DNA of 64,000 nt. It comes from Gemmatales bacterium. GTDB taxonomy: Bacteria; Planctomycetota; Planctomycetia; Gemmatales; HRBIN36. Positions 47,607-57,292 of the stretch are shown here, in pieces; the stretch's first letter is position 1, and each line of letters starts with the position of its first letter. The notes below the pieces were generated by a model. It ran no database searches. It was not told where the DNA came from and saw nothing but the letters and a program-made list of their open reading frames with translations. The DNA is taken from contig JANXCQ010000014.1 in NCBI GenBank assembly GCA_025060195.1, forward strand, positions 13,829 to 77,828. Direction: 5' to 3'. A program made the position numbers and the translations under genes.

Positions 47607-49452
47607 CCCAGCCGCGCAGGCGATAGTATTCTTGGCGTGCTTGGAAAAACCTGGTTCGATCAATTATGGTTGAGCTGAATACGCCGGAACGCGTAGGACC
47701 ACAGGTGGCGTTAGTTAGTTGTTGTTGCCACAATGCTTCGGGTAAGATGTCCTCTGCGCAGGTCCAGCCGACATGAAGGTTGAAACGTTTTTTCGCGTCG
47801 ATAATACGCCGTGCTGTGGCGCGTAATTCGTCCGGCGTTATGTCCCAACCAGTGATCAGTTGCAACATGATGGCCGACTCTGCGTACCAATCGCTCAGAG
47901 CATGGCGGAGAAATTTGCACAGGATCAGCGAATCGAGCAGAGCCGCGCGGTCTTCGCAGGCGACGACTTGAGCGGCCCAGGCGCGGGGAGAATCACTGTC
48001 GGGGGAACGCGGGGCGAAATCGGCGTCGTAAGCGCTGGACCGGTTATGATCGGCACCTCGGGCATTGACCGCTAAACCTAGCGCGAGGTGGGGGAGTCGC
48101 CGAATGTCGTAGCCGGGTAGCTCCAGACCCTTGACATGCAGGGCCAATCGTTCCGCCGCGGGGTTAATCTCGGCGGCAGCTAATCGGCTCCCTTCGGCTA
48201 GTAGATCACCTAACCCTTCTCGGTAGGCAATACGACGAATCCAAGTGGTTACCGCATGCGCGTCGCCGAAGTGAAGCTCGGCATCCAGCAGACCATGCTC
48301 GACGCAGGCCATCGCCCAGGCTAACGTGCCGCCGGTGGAGATGGTGTCGAGTCCTAATTCGTCGCACAGTTGGGCCGCATGCAACACCGCCTCGGCGTCG
48401 TGCACACCGCACATCGGCCCTAGGGCGAAGAGGGATTCGTATTCCAAACGCACCGGTTCATCCGATTGGTAGAGATGTTCGCAGCCGATGGTGCAGGCGA
48501 CGCAGCCCTGGCGCACGGGCAGATGTGTTCGCGCCAAACGTTCGAGGAGCGGCGCGAGTTCGACCGTGGTTGACTGTGACGGGCTAGATGGAGCCGCGGT
48601 TATGCCAATGTCGAAATTCCGTTGCGGCAGGACCCCGAGGCGCGCGAAGACTTCGAGATTGGCGACCGTACCAAGCTCGCGGTATTTGGCTGTCGCGGGA
48701 CCGAGGGAAATTTGCGACAGTCGGCGAGCGTACTCGGCCAAGGCTTGGGGTTGGGCGAACCGCACACGACGTTGTCCGCGCACCCCGATGGCTTTGACGC
48801 GTTTTGCGCCCAGCACTGCGCCCAAACCGCCGCGCCCGGCATGACGGCGTGCGTGGCTCCCCGTGGCGAAGCGAACGAGATGTTCGCCTGCTGGCCCAAT
48901 GACCAGGAACGCCCAATCTGAGCCGAGTTCGGCTTGCAGCGCGGCTTCCGTTTCGGGCTCGCTCAGTCCCCACCAGCGCTGCGCTGGGAGAAGTTCCAGC
49001 CGATCCTCATCGAGCAAGACCACCGTAGGCTCAGCACACGCCCCTTGGAAAACCAATGCGTCGAAGCCGGTACGTTTACCTGTAAGGGCCCACTGGGAGC
49101 CACAAAGTGCATCGTTGAGCCGACCAGTGAGCGGCGAACACGCCACCAAGGCACATCGCGCTGACGTGGTAAGCGGGGAACCGATGAGCGGACTGAAAGC
49201 GCAGACGAAAGGTGCCCGCGGGTGCAGGGCAAATTGCGTGCTCGGCCAACGGCGCGTCGAGTGGGGAGGGCAGTAGTTTCCTAAATGCCACTCGTCCTCG
49301 GGAAAATTGTCAGGCCAGTGTTGCAGCAGCAGCCAAGTTCCTAAGCCAACTCCGCCCAGGTAGTGCCGCAGTACCTTCTCGGGCAATGGTATTGCTTCGG
49401 TTGCTTTTTGCGTCAAGTCCACGCGCAGATATCGGCCGTGATAACCATACAT
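47575..49452 (-). CDS. aldehyde:ferredoxin oxidoreductase (AOR) family tungsto/molybdopterin enzyme
   Basis: MYGYHGRYLRVDLTQ... is the classic AOR N-terminus. CVACTIGC (CxxCxxxC) is the 4Fe-4S ligand block. 625 aa. Confidence 0.85.
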   Translation of the reverse strand: MYGYHGRYLRVDLTQKATEAIPLPEKVLRHYLGGVGLGTWLLLQHWPDNFPEDEWHLGNYCPPHSTRRWPSTQFALHPRAPFVCAFSPLIGSPLTTSARCALVACSPLTGRLNDALCGSQWALTGKRTGFDALVFQGACAEPTVVLLDEDRLELLPAQRWWGLSEPETEAALQAELGSDWAFLVIGPAGEHLVRFATGSHARRHAGRGGLGAVLGAKRVKAIGVRGQRRVRFAQPQALAEYARRLSQISLGPATAKYRELGTVANLEVFARLGVLPQRNFDIGITAAPSSPSQSTTVELAPLLERLARTHLPVRQGCVACTIGCEHLYQSDEPVRLEYESLFALGPMCGVHDAEAVLHAAQLCDELGLDTISTGGTLAWAMACVEHGLLDAELHFGDAHAVTTWIRRIAYREGLGDLLAEGSRLAAAEINPAAERLALHVKGLELPGYDIRRLPHLALGLAVNARGADHNRSSAYDADFAPRSPDSDSPRAWAAQVVACEDRAALLDSLILCKFLRHALSDWYAESAIMLQLITGWDITPDELRATARRIIDAKKRFNLHVGWTCAEDILPEALWQQQLTNATCGPTRSGVFSSTIIDRTRFFQARQEYYRLRGWDELGRTHPGS

Positions 49453-49518
49453 CTTCGGCGCCTGGCCTGGTCTTATCAGCGGGCCTACGATTCGGTGGAG
49501 ACGTCGCCTTACACCATC

Positions 49519-51375
49519 TTATGACGGCACGAACGCTTCCGTGGGACACGGCGCGGGCTGAGGCAACTTGACGCGGAAGGTGCTCCCGTGACCGGGTTGA
49601 CTTTTGACCTCGATCGATCCGCCGAGCATGGTAACGTAGCCCTGCACGATGGCTAAGCCGAGACCGGCGCGACCGTTGGCCGGCTCCCGCGAAGGATCGG
49701 CACGATAAAAACGTTGGAAGATACGCGCCTGCACTTCGGGAGTCATGCCTACGCCTGTATCGCTGACTTCGAGGTAGACTTGACCGTTCTGCTGCGTGGC
49801 ACGTAGCCAGACCGAACCCCCAGGACGGTTGTAGTAAACGGCGTTATCCAGCAGGTTGAGTAGGATGTCGCGAAGCTTAGCGGCATCGGTGTAACAGAAG
49901 TTGACGTCCACCTGGCTGTGGAGCTGGACTTCCCGCTGTTGGGCTAATGGTTCGACCGTGCGTAAACAGTCTTCCACCAAGGCCGGCAAGCTGAACCACT
50001 CTTTGCGGACCTGATCCACCCCTGCATCCAGTCGGGCCAGGGCTAGTACGCGCTCTGCCAAATGTCGCAATTGTTCGGCTAAATGTTGGCAGTTTTGCAG
50101 GATTTGGCGGTATTCTTCCGGGCTGCGGGGTCGGCGTAGCGCGACTTCCAGCGTGGTGAGTAAGGCCGTGATCGGTGTGCGCAGGTCATGTGAGATGTCG
50201 GCTACAGCACGTTTTTCCCTATCGAAGGCCTGTTGTAAGGAACGTAAGGTTTGCCGAAGTTTTTCCACCACAGGAACTAATTCCGCAGGCACCTGATCTT
50301 CTTCGATGGGTAAAGCGAACGACTTTTCCGAGACACGGCTGACAGCTTCGGCAATGTCCTGGAGCGGTTTCATCTGCCGACGTAACACTAGCCAGCCAAC
50401 CAGTCCTCCGACCACAAAAGTACCGAGATTGGTCAAGAGCAGAATCAAACCGAAGGCACGCAAGGCAGCGCGGCTTTCTTCTTCGCTTTGCTGCAAATGC
50501 TGATCCCGTTGCTGGGCCAGTTGTTCAATTTCCGCTTGCAACGGGGCCAAACTCCGGGCTACGCTGACGAACAGTTGCGGCGCTGCCTGGTCGACAAACG
50601 GGGGAGGCGACGGCGGCGAGCCGGGTTTATTGGGCGGACGCGCTGGTTTGGCCGCTTCGGCGGGGCGCTCGCCTCGGGGTGGAACTTGACCGGGACGTCC
50701 ACGTGGGGGATTCACGAATCCAATACGCTCGTTGCCCCAGCGTTCCCGCCAGAATAACCGCCATCGGCTAGCGGGCACGCGCACGGTGACGCGGCGCAAT
50801 GGTTCCTGACCCGGACCTTCCACCGTGTCGAAATAAGATTCGAGTAAGCGCAAGTTGTCGCGCAGTTGCGACGGTAAACGCCAGGGTTCCACCAAATTGG
50901 GTGAGGTTTGCAGCACGTCGCCGTTCACCAGTGCAAACTGGAAATACCATGCGCTTTCATCTGCAGGAAGCAATTCCTCAGGAAGCTCGACTTCGGGGGC
51001 AAGCATCCACTGCACGCGAAAGGCCAACGGCGTGTGCGCCTCGGCGCCGAGATGTAGCGGAATGCTGGCATAAGCGGCAGGGTTGAGTATCGCCGTCAGG
51101 GCGCCAAGCGAGAGGAAACGCAAACGGGGCCAGCGCCATTGGAAGCGGGCTAGACCAGCCAACGTGTGGGCGTCCTGCAACAGCTTTTCATCGAACTGTT
51201 CGCGTATTCGCTGCTCGGCCGATTCGTATCGCGCTTGCAACATTTCGCGCACTCCCTTTTGACGCAACTCCAGCGAATAACGAGCAATTGCGTATGCTGA
51301 CCAAGATACCCAACCCAACACGACGCACAACACTACGAGTAAGCTGACAAGGAGTCGCAGGCGAATCGAGCGCAT
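49519..51375 (-). CDS. sensor histidine kinase (TM-sensor-TM-HAMP-HisKA-HATPase)
   Basis: H-box ADISHDLRTPITAL, N-box LLNLLDNAVYYN, G1 VSDTGVGM, G2 GLGLAIV. It has two TM helices flanking a ~270-aa periplasmic segment. Confidence 0.9.
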   Translation of the reverse strand: MRSIRLRLLVSLLVVLCVVLGWVSWSAYAIARYSLELRQKGVREMLQARYESAEQRIREQFDEKLLQDAHTLAGLARFQWRWPRLRFLSLGALTAILNPAAYASIPLHLGAEAHTPLAFRVQWMLAPEVELPEELLPADESAWYFQFALVNGDVLQTSPNLVEPWRLPSQLRDNLRLLESYFDTVEGPGQEPLRRVTVRVPASRWRLFWRERWGNERIGFVNPPRGRPGQVPPRGERPAEAAKPARPPNKPGSPPSPPPFVDQAAPQLFVSVARSLAPLQAEIEQLAQQRDQHLQQSEEESRAALRAFGLILLLTNLGTFVVGGLVGWLVLRRQMKPLQDIAEAVSRVSEKSFALPIEEDQVPAELVPVVEKLRQTLRSLQQAFDREKRAVADISHDLRTPITALLTTLEVALRRPRSPEEYRQILQNCQHLAEQLRHLAERVLALARLDAGVDQVRKEWFSLPALVEDCLRTVEPLAQQREVQLHSQVDVNFCYTDAAKLRDILLNLLDNAVYYNRPGGSVWLRATQQNGQVYLEVSDTGVGMTPEVQARIFQRFYRADPSREPANGRAGLGLAIVQGYVTMLGGSIEVKSQPGHGSTFRVKLPQPAPCPTEAFVPS

Positions 51376-51378
51376 GGT

Positions 51379-52077
51379 TCATCGCTCCGACGATGCCTCT
51401 TCGTCTTCCTCTCCACGCAGCATGTAGCCTTCGCCCCAGCGGGTCAGGATGAGCGGCGGATCGAAACCTTTGTCGATCTTCTGCCGCAAGTAGCGAATGT
51501 AAACGTCCACCACGTTGGAAGTGTTTTCGTCGTACTCGTCGTATAAATGCTCCCAAATCATGGGGCGGGTAACGACCTTGCCGCGGTGAAACGCCAGAAA
51601 CTCAAGTAACGCATACTCCCGTGGCGTCAGGTGAATAACTTTGCCCCCGCGTTTGACCCGCCGGGCTGCTGTGTCAATTTCCAGATCGTACACGCGAATC
51701 ACTGGGTTCTTTACAGCATGCTTGCGTCGAATCAAGGCGCGAATCCGCGCCAGCAGTTCCTCAAATTGAAACGGCTTGGCCAGGTAGTCATCCGCGCCGA
51801 GGTTGAGGCCTTGCACTTTTTCTTCAGTGCTGCCGCGGGCAGTCAATACCAGGACGTGGGTAGTCATGCCCCGCTCGCGCCAACGTTTGAGCAATGTCCA
51901 GCCGTCAATTTTCGGTAACATCAGGTCGAGGACGATGACGTCGTACTGGTTCACGCGGGCTTTATAATCGGCCTCTTCGCCATCATAGGCCAAGTCCACC
52001 GCGAACCGCTCTTCTTCCAAGCCTTGCTTCAGCGCGCCCGCCAGCGTCTTGTTATCCTCGACAATAAGAAGCCGCAT
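51379..52077 (-). CDS. OmpR/PhoB-type response regulator
   Basis: MRLLIVEDN..., DVIVLDLMLPKIDG, winged-helix LTPREYALLEFL...GEGY. Its stop is 3 nt before the kinase start. Confidence 0.95.
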   Translation of the reverse strand: MRLLIVEDNKTLAGALKQGLEEERFAVDLAYDGEEADYKARVNQYDVIVLDLMLPKIDGWTLLKRWRERGMTTHVLVLTARGSTEEKVQGLNLGADDYLAKPFQFEELLARIRALIRRKHAVKNPVIRVYDLEIDTAARRVKRGGKVIHLTPREYALLEFLAFHRGKVVTRPMIWEHLYDEYDENTSNVVDVYIRYLRQKIDKGFDPPLILTRWGEGYMLRGEEDEEASSER

Positions 52078-52335
52078 GGTCGCTTACCGTAACTTGGCCC
52101 GTCCCCGTTCAAAAGTATTGTACATGTTCATTTCCTCTCTCGGCTCCAGTGTATGCTGCGAACTATTAAGTGAACATGAAGGAATGCCTCCGCCTCCAAG
52201 TTCGGTGCACGGGTCTTGGCAACGCTGGACATCCTATGCGACTTGGCAGTATAATTCGATTGGCTGAAGAGCTAAGAAGATTGCTACGCGACGGGTCCGG
52301 TGGAATCGGAGTATGGCTCAGGATTAATTAGTCAA

Positions 52336-52408
52336 GGCGGCGTAGCTCAGTGGTCAGAGCAGCGGCTTCATAAGCCGTGGGTCGGTGGTTCGAATCCACC
52401 CGCCGCTA
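52336..52408 (+). tRNA. tRNA-Met (anticodon CAT), elongator-like; a lysidine-modified tRNA-Ile2 cannot be excluded
   Basis: GGCGGCGTAGCTCAGTGGTCAGAGCAGCGGCTTCATAAGCCGTGGGTCGGTGGTTCGAATCCACCCGCCGCTA. The 1:72 pair is G:U, and the anticodon stem lacks the three consecutive G:C pairs of initiator tRNA. Confidence 0.85.
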
Positions 52409-55400
52409 TTCGGGTTCAGTCGGTGAATGGTTAGCTGGGATGGCAGGGATAAGCGGTTGTGTTGCCGATAGTGTGCGTGCCCCGAAGTGATCTTCAATGC
52501 GACCGGTTACCACATACGGCCCGAGCGCAGGATTCGGTACTAATGGACAGGCATCGGGGAAAATCGTTACTTCTACTAATCCCCATTCGTCGGCGAGGGT
52601 GAGGAACTGCATGGTTTTGCCCTGAGCGGTGGGGGTAAGTCGGCTGGCGGCCACTAGACCCGCTAGAGTCACAGCACTGCCTGGTGGACGTTGTAAAGCG
52701 CGGCTATCGTCGAGGTCCGCGGGCACCCACGGACGGAACAGCTGCATCAGGGGCACGTCTAACACAAAGCCCAGTGTTTCCCATTGGCACGCAGCTAACA
52801 CCAATTGACGGCGATTCGGCTGTGGGTAGGCGGCGTGGGCCCGGGGAAGCAAAGCAGGCAGCGTCGGCTCCAGATGGCTGCGAAACATCGCAGGATCGTC
52901 GCATTGGCGTCGTTCCAGGGCGGCCTCCAGGAAAATCTCTTCGCGCGGCAACGCCATGAAATCACACGCACCCGCCTGGATCAGCCGAGCCAGCACCTCC
53001 GGTCCCATAGGCACACGTCGACACAGATCGCGAACATCGGCGAAAGGCCCATGGCGTTGTCGCTCTTCCAGAAGGCGTAACAACACCGGTCGTGGCACGC
53101 CTCGAATGCTGCCCAGACCGACACGAAGAGCATTACCTTCGACGCGAAACTCCAGGGCCGAGCCATTGACACAAGGCGGTAAGATCCGTATTCCCGACCA
53201 TTTGACACCTTCTATATAGACCCATTGCGGATACATGCCGAGGTTGTTGTTGAGCGCAGCCGTCCAGAAATGCACAGGATAATGGGCCTTATACCAGGCG
53301 GCTTCCCAGGCCAACCAGCCGTAACTGACCGCATGACTTTTGCAGAACGAATATGCGTTGAAGCGGGCCAATTGTTTCCACAGAAACTCGGCGGTTTCCC
53401 GGGCGAGCCCTCGTTGCTGACAGGCTAGGGCAAAGCGCTGCCACCATGCCGCTGCGGACTCCGCAGGTAATCCTTCACTGATGGCCTTGCGCAAATGATC
53501 GGCCTCCGCGGCAGGCCAACCAGTGGCTGCCTGGATGGCCAGCAGGGCCTGATCTTCGAAAATCATCAGGCCGCAGGTATCGCGCAAAATGGCATCCAGT
53601 TGGGGCGGTAAAGCTGGCAACGGTTCCATGCCGCGCCGACGCCGCAGAAACAGTTCCTTGTTACCTACGGACGCCGCGGCGGGGCGAATCAGCGCCAGCA
53701 CATGAATCACCTCATCCCGCTCGCGAGGCTGATACTGCACCAGCAAATGCCGCATTGCTGGCGACTCTAACTGGTTGACGCCCAGAGTATCGCCCCGTTG
53801 CAGCAACCGTACGGTCGCCTCGTCAGTTTCGGGAATGGTGGGCCGAGTGCCGACCAACTGTCGCACTTCCGCAACCGTGGCCAGGGCACGATTGCCCAGC
53901 AAATCAATCTTCACCAGGCCGATGCGCTCCACGCCGTCTTTATCGAACTGCGTCATGAGCACGCCTTTCGGCGCCCGCTGCAGGGGCACATGCCGACACA
54001 GTGGATCAGGGGTCAGCACGATTCCTCCCGGATGGAGCGATAAATGATGGGGTCGGCCCAGAAGTTGTCGCGCTGCCGACAAGAGTCGGGGCCACTGCTC
54101 TGGCGCTAAAATTCCCGCGCCTGCACGCACCAGTTGCTCAGGCCACTTCTGAAGCGCGGCTTCGGAGTTTGCGTCCATTAGGTATTCTTCCAATCGCGCT
54201 TCCAAACGCAGCAACAACTGCGTGATCTGCGGCCCGGAAAGGCCACACACCTTGGCCGCTTCGCGAAACGCTGAGCGCGGCTGAAAAAACAGGTGCGAAC
54301 TAATCTGGGCCGTATGGGACTTGCCGAAACGCTGACAAACCCACTGAATCATCTCGTCGCGGATACGCCAGTCGAAATCCAAATCAATGTCGGGCAAATC
54401 CGCCCGGCCTGCGTGAAGAAAACGCTCCAGCGGTAACTGATATCGCAGGGGATCCACGTCGGTAATGCCCAGTAAATAACACACCAAGCAGTTGCCTGCC
54501 GAGCCACGCAATGCCAGCGGGTAACCCCGTCGGCGAGCTTCCTGAGCAATCTCCTGTACCACAAGAAAATATCCCGCGAGCCCCCGTTGGGCGATGATAG
54601 CCAGTTCCTGCTCCAGCCGCGCACGCGCTGCCGGCGTGTCACCACATCGGCTCGCTAAGGCCCGCTCACATCGGCTCTGCAGTTGTCGGAGTAGCTCGAC
54701 AGCATTGTCCGCGTCAGGCGCTTGACGCCAGTATTCGGGAGGCGCCGGCAAAATCAACTGTCGTGGCAGCACGTCGGAGCGACACTGCTCGGCTAACTGC
54801 TCAGCGTGAACCAACGCTTCCGGAACATCGGCAAAGCGAGACCAAATTTCCTCCGCACGGGCCAGATGATGCGCAGGAGTAATGGTCAGGCGAGTGGGCA
54901 CTCGGGCTAACAAGGTACGCTGGCGGATGGCAGTTAACCAGCGGAAAAGTGCGTAGCCCTGAGGTTCCGCGAAATGCACCGCACTACTGGCCACCACACG
55001 CACACCCTGCCGCGCGGCCGATTCCAATAACGCTTTCTCCCGGCGAGAGGAACGCCCGGGCCGAATTAACTCGGCCCACAAACGCGCGCGAAACGTCGGT
55101 TGCAAAACCCGCAACCAGTACGGCTCGTCCACCAGCACGTGCAGGCCTTCATGATGTTCCTGGAGTAATTGCTCCAGCGGCGCTGCTTGCAGATGCAGAC
55201 GGCTCAAGATAATGCAGAGATTGGCGTACCCCTTCGGCTCGGCAATCAACACCGTGCAGCGGAACGGGGCCGCTGGATAAGTGGACTTGCGTTCACTATA
55301 GGTATTTCGCTCCCGCTCGTCTGAGGAAGCGGCGCCAGCCGATTCGAGAGCGGAGGGGATTTGGCGTAAACAGGCGCCGAAGATTGGGCGCACCCCGTAC

Positions 55401-55573
55401 TGCCAGGCTAAGTCCTGAATCGCCACGGCACCGTAGAGATTATTCGTATCGGTGAAGGCTAAAGCACTATAACCGCATTGTGCGGCCCGCTCGAGTAACC
55501 GCTGTGGCGCGTCCACTCCCTCCAGGAGCGAATACCAGCTATGCACATGCAAAGCGACCAGCCGACGGGACAC
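52406..55573 (-). CDS. dnaE2: error-prone DNA polymerase III alpha-like subunit DnaE2
   Basis: 1055 aa with a PHP N-terminus (VALHVHSWYSLLEGVDAPQRLLERAAQCGYSALAFTDTNNLYG) and Pol IIIalpha core blocks (..DIDLDF.., ..FCKSHAVSYG..). It lies 10 nt downstream of a Y-family polymerase gene, the usual dnaE2 context. Confidence 0.9.
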   Translation of the reverse strand: MSRRLVALHVHSWYSLLEGVDAPQRLLERAAQCGYSALAFTDTNNLYGAVAIQDLAWQYGVRPIFGACLRQIPSALESAGAASSDERERNTYSERKSTYPAAPFRCTVLIAEPKGYANLCIILSRLHLQAAPLEQLLQEHHEGLHVLVDEPYWLRVLQPTFRARLWAELIRPGRSSRREKALLESAARQGVRVVASSAVHFAEPQGYALFRWLTAIRQRTLLARVPTRLTITPAHHLARAEEIWSRFADVPEALVHAEQLAEQCRSDVLPRQLILPAPPEYWRQAPDADNAVELLRQLQSRCERALASRCGDTPAARARLEQELAIIAQRGLAGYFLVVQEIAQEARRRGYPLALRGSAGNCLVCYLLGITDVDPLRYQLPLERFLHAGRADLPDIDLDFDWRIRDEMIQWVCQRFGKSHTAQISSHLFFQPRSAFREAAKVCGLSGPQITQLLLRLEARLEEYLMDANSEAALQKWPEQLVRAGAGILAPEQWPRLLSAARQLLGRPHHLSLHPGGIVLTPDPLCRHVPLQRAPKGVLMTQFDKDGVERIGLVKIDLLGNRALATVAEVRQLVGTRPTIPETDEATVRLLQRGDTLGVNQLESPAMRHLLVQYQPRERDEVIHVLALIRPAAASVGNKELFLRRRRGMEPLPALPPQLDAILRDTCGLMIFEDQALLAIQAATGWPAAEADHLRKAISEGLPAESAAAWWQRFALACQQRGLARETAEFLWKQLARFNAYSFCKSHAVSYGWLAWEAAWYKAHYPVHFWTAALNNNLGMYPQWVYIEGVKWSGIRILPPCVNGSALEFRVEGNALRVGLGSIRGVPRPVLLRLLEERQRHGPFADVRDLCRRVPMGPEVLARLIQAGACDFMALPREEIFLEAALERRQCDDPAMFRSHLEPTLPALLPRAHAAYPQPNRRQLVLAACQWETLGFVLDVPLMQLFRPWVPADLDDSRALQRPPGSAVTLAGLVAASRLTPTAQGKTMQFLTLADEWGLVEVTIFPDACPLVPNPALGPYVVTGRIEDHFGARTLSATQPLIPAIPANHSPTEPE

Positions 55574-55583
55574 GGCACGCTCC

Positions 55584-56858
55584 TCAACGGGTCAGACACG
55601 GCGTACGCAAAACCAGCCGATCGCGATCGTGTTCCAACTGCCGTAACAGCACCAGTTCCTCGCCGCTGGTCAGCGCCAGGAAACCAAACCGCTGACGAAT
55701 GGCATCCTTACACTGCTGCAAGCGCTGTTGACGTTGCTGCCACGGTTCGCAGAAAAGCGCCAGTTGGCCCGTTTCCGCCTGCAAGGGACTCAAAGTCACG
55801 CCCAGCAACCGCAGGGGTAATCGGCGCTGCAACAATGCCGCCAAGCCTTCCAGCGCATAGGCCCGCAGTTCCGCGTCGTGGTTTGTGGCCGGACGTACAC
55901 GCCAGCGCCGAGACGACCCTTGGCCATCGCCGTAGCGGACGAACACTTCCAGTCCCAGAGCCCGACGCCGTACAAAACGCATCCAACTGGCCGCTCGCTC
56001 CAGCAGGTAAGTCAGCATGGCGCGGAGGAACATCGGGTCGGCTTCCGGGGGATCGAAACTGGTACGTCGGCTGATGCTATGCGGTTGGCGCTGCGCTATG
56101 ACGGGCCGCGGATCCAGCCCATGCGCATACCAGTACCAGCAACGTCCTGGCCAGCCGAACAGCCCCTCCAACAATTGGCCCGAAACCTGCGTCAAATCGC
56201 CCACCCGCCGCAAGCCTAACCGATACAGCTGCCGCGCCGCTGCTGGTCCGACGCCCGGCAAAATGGTGACCGACCACGGCGCCAGGTACGCACGCTCCCG
56301 ACCAGGAAAAACCTGCACCTGCCGGCCAGGTTTTGCCTGATGCGTGGCGACTTGGGCCACCAGTTTATTTGCCCCTGCACCAATGGATAAACTCAAATGC
56401 AACACATCGCGCACCCATTCCCGCAGCTGCCGACCCACCCGTTCCCCCGCTTGTTCGTCGGCAGCGCCCAGGTCCAGGTAAAAATCGTCCAAAGCAGCAC
56501 TCTCCACCACCGGCGTGAAGCGTTGGCATACCTCCAGCAGTTGCTGTGCAATCATTTCGTAACGTGGATAGCGGCCCGGTACGACAATCAGTTCGGGGCA
56601 CTTGCGTCGGGCTTCGCTCAACCGCATCGCAGTATATACACCCCAACGCCGCGCTTCATAGCTGCAACTGGCCACGACCCCCGTTCCCACAGCTACAGGC
56701 TTCCCGCGTAAGCGTTTGTCATCCAGCTGTTCCACGGACGCGAAAAAAGCGTCAATATCTAAATGCAGTACCAGGCGCTGCGGTGTTTCACCGGTCCAAC
56801 TATCTAAACCTAGACGGAAATCCCTAGCTCCCAACTTAGCACTAACGGGAAGCGCCAC
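55584..56858 (-). CDS. Y-family DNA polymerase (DinB/ImuB-like) of the dnaE2 cassette
   Basis: LHLDIDAFFASVEQ, KPVAV...SCSYEARRWGV, SAALDDFYLDL, ILPGVGP and a QLALF clamp-binding-like pentapeptide (55752-55766). The ORF is open to ATG 56942, but a perfect operator-like palindrome sits at 56890-56911, so I favour the GTG at 56858. The start is uncertain. Confidence 0.8.
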   Translation of the reverse strand: MALPVSAKLGARDFRLGLDSWTGETPQRLVLHLDIDAFFASVEQLDDKRLRGKPVAVGTGVVASCSYEARRWGVYTAMRLSEARRKCPELIVVPGRYPRYEMIAQQLLEVCQRFTPVVESAALDDFYLDLGAADEQAGERVGRQLREWVRDVLHLSLSIGAGANKLVAQVATHQAKPGRQVQVFPGRERAYLAPWSVTILPGVGPAAARQLYRLGLRRVGDLTQVSGQLLEGLFGWPGRCWYWYAHGLDPRPVIAQRQPHSISRRTSFDPPEADPMFLRAMLTYLLERAASWMRFVRRRALGLEVFVRYGDGQGSSRRWRVRPATNHDAELRAYALEGLAALLQRRLPLRLLGVTLSPLQAETGQLALFCEPWQQRQQRLQQCKDAIRQRFGFLALTSGEELVLLRQLEHDRDRLVLRTPCLTR

Positions 56859-56889
56859 ATGTGCACTGGCTCCCGAGGCTGAGCCAGAT

Positions 56890-56911
56890 ATAGTGTACTT
56901 ATATACACTAT
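56890..56911. promoter_or_regulatory. SOS-box-like palindrome, copy 1: ATAGTGTA-CTTATA-TACACTAT (perfect)
   Basis: Perfect 8-bp arms with a 6-bp AT-rich spacer, i.e. TA-GTGT-N8-ACAC-TA. Compare the E. coli LexA box TA-CTGT-N8-ACAG-TA. Confidence 0.55.
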
Positions 56912-57012
56912 TCGAGGGATAAGTTTCCGGAAGGCAATGCATGGCCCACTCCGATTCACGCGCCTCGAGCGGCCTCCCCTAGGCTGGCGCTAGGAACGAA
57001 GGAGAATGAAAT

Positions 57013-57034
57013 ATAGTGTACATAAATATACTAA
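57013..57034. promoter_or_regulatory. SOS-box-like palindrome, copy 2: ATAGTGTA-CATAAA-TATACTAA
   Basis: The left arm is perfect and the right arm has 2 mismatches. It lies 123 nt upstream of copy 1. Confidence 0.45.
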
Positions 57035-57180
57035 ACGACCTCGGAGCTATGTCCAGAGCACTTGACGCGAAACTGAGTGGGCGTCAGCGAAAGGTACTAT
57101 CGACCTCTCGACTTAAGTTACGCTCTAGCCGGCGCTTAGGTTTTTCTTTCCCACTGTCGCAGTAAACGCCCGCTAAGCAA

Positions 57181-57202
57181 ATAGTGAACGAAAATACACT
57201 AT
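57181..57202. promoter_or_regulatory. SOS-box-like palindrome, copy 3: ATAGTGAA-CGAAAA-TACACTAT
   Basis: The right arm is perfect and the left arm has 1 mismatch. It lies 91 nt downstream of the gcvH stop. Confidence 0.4.
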
Positions 57203-57292
57203 AATGTGGATAACCTCTATACAGCTGCGCAGCTGAAGCTACGGTAGGAACGCCACCATAACCTTACCACGGCAAAGATCGTAGTTCAGTTG

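Noticed and set aside
57049-57165. 38-codon + strand ORF (MSRALDAKLSGRQRKVLSTSRLKLRSSRRLGFSFPLSQ) just downstream of palindrome copy 2, possibly a lexA remnant at the position where a divergent lexA is often found.
   Set aside because: The resemblance to the LexA N-terminus is limited to LS.RQ..V and RLGF, with the wrong spacing (about 10 residues short), in Arg/Ser-rich low-complexity sequence. There is no cleavage or peptidase domain. This is too weak to call.
57205-57213. Perfect DnaA-box sequence TGTGGATAA next to palindrome copy 3.
   Set aside because: It is a single isolated 9-mer with no cluster, no AT-rich unwinding element, and no dnaA/dnaN context. A single copy is expected by chance in 64 kb.
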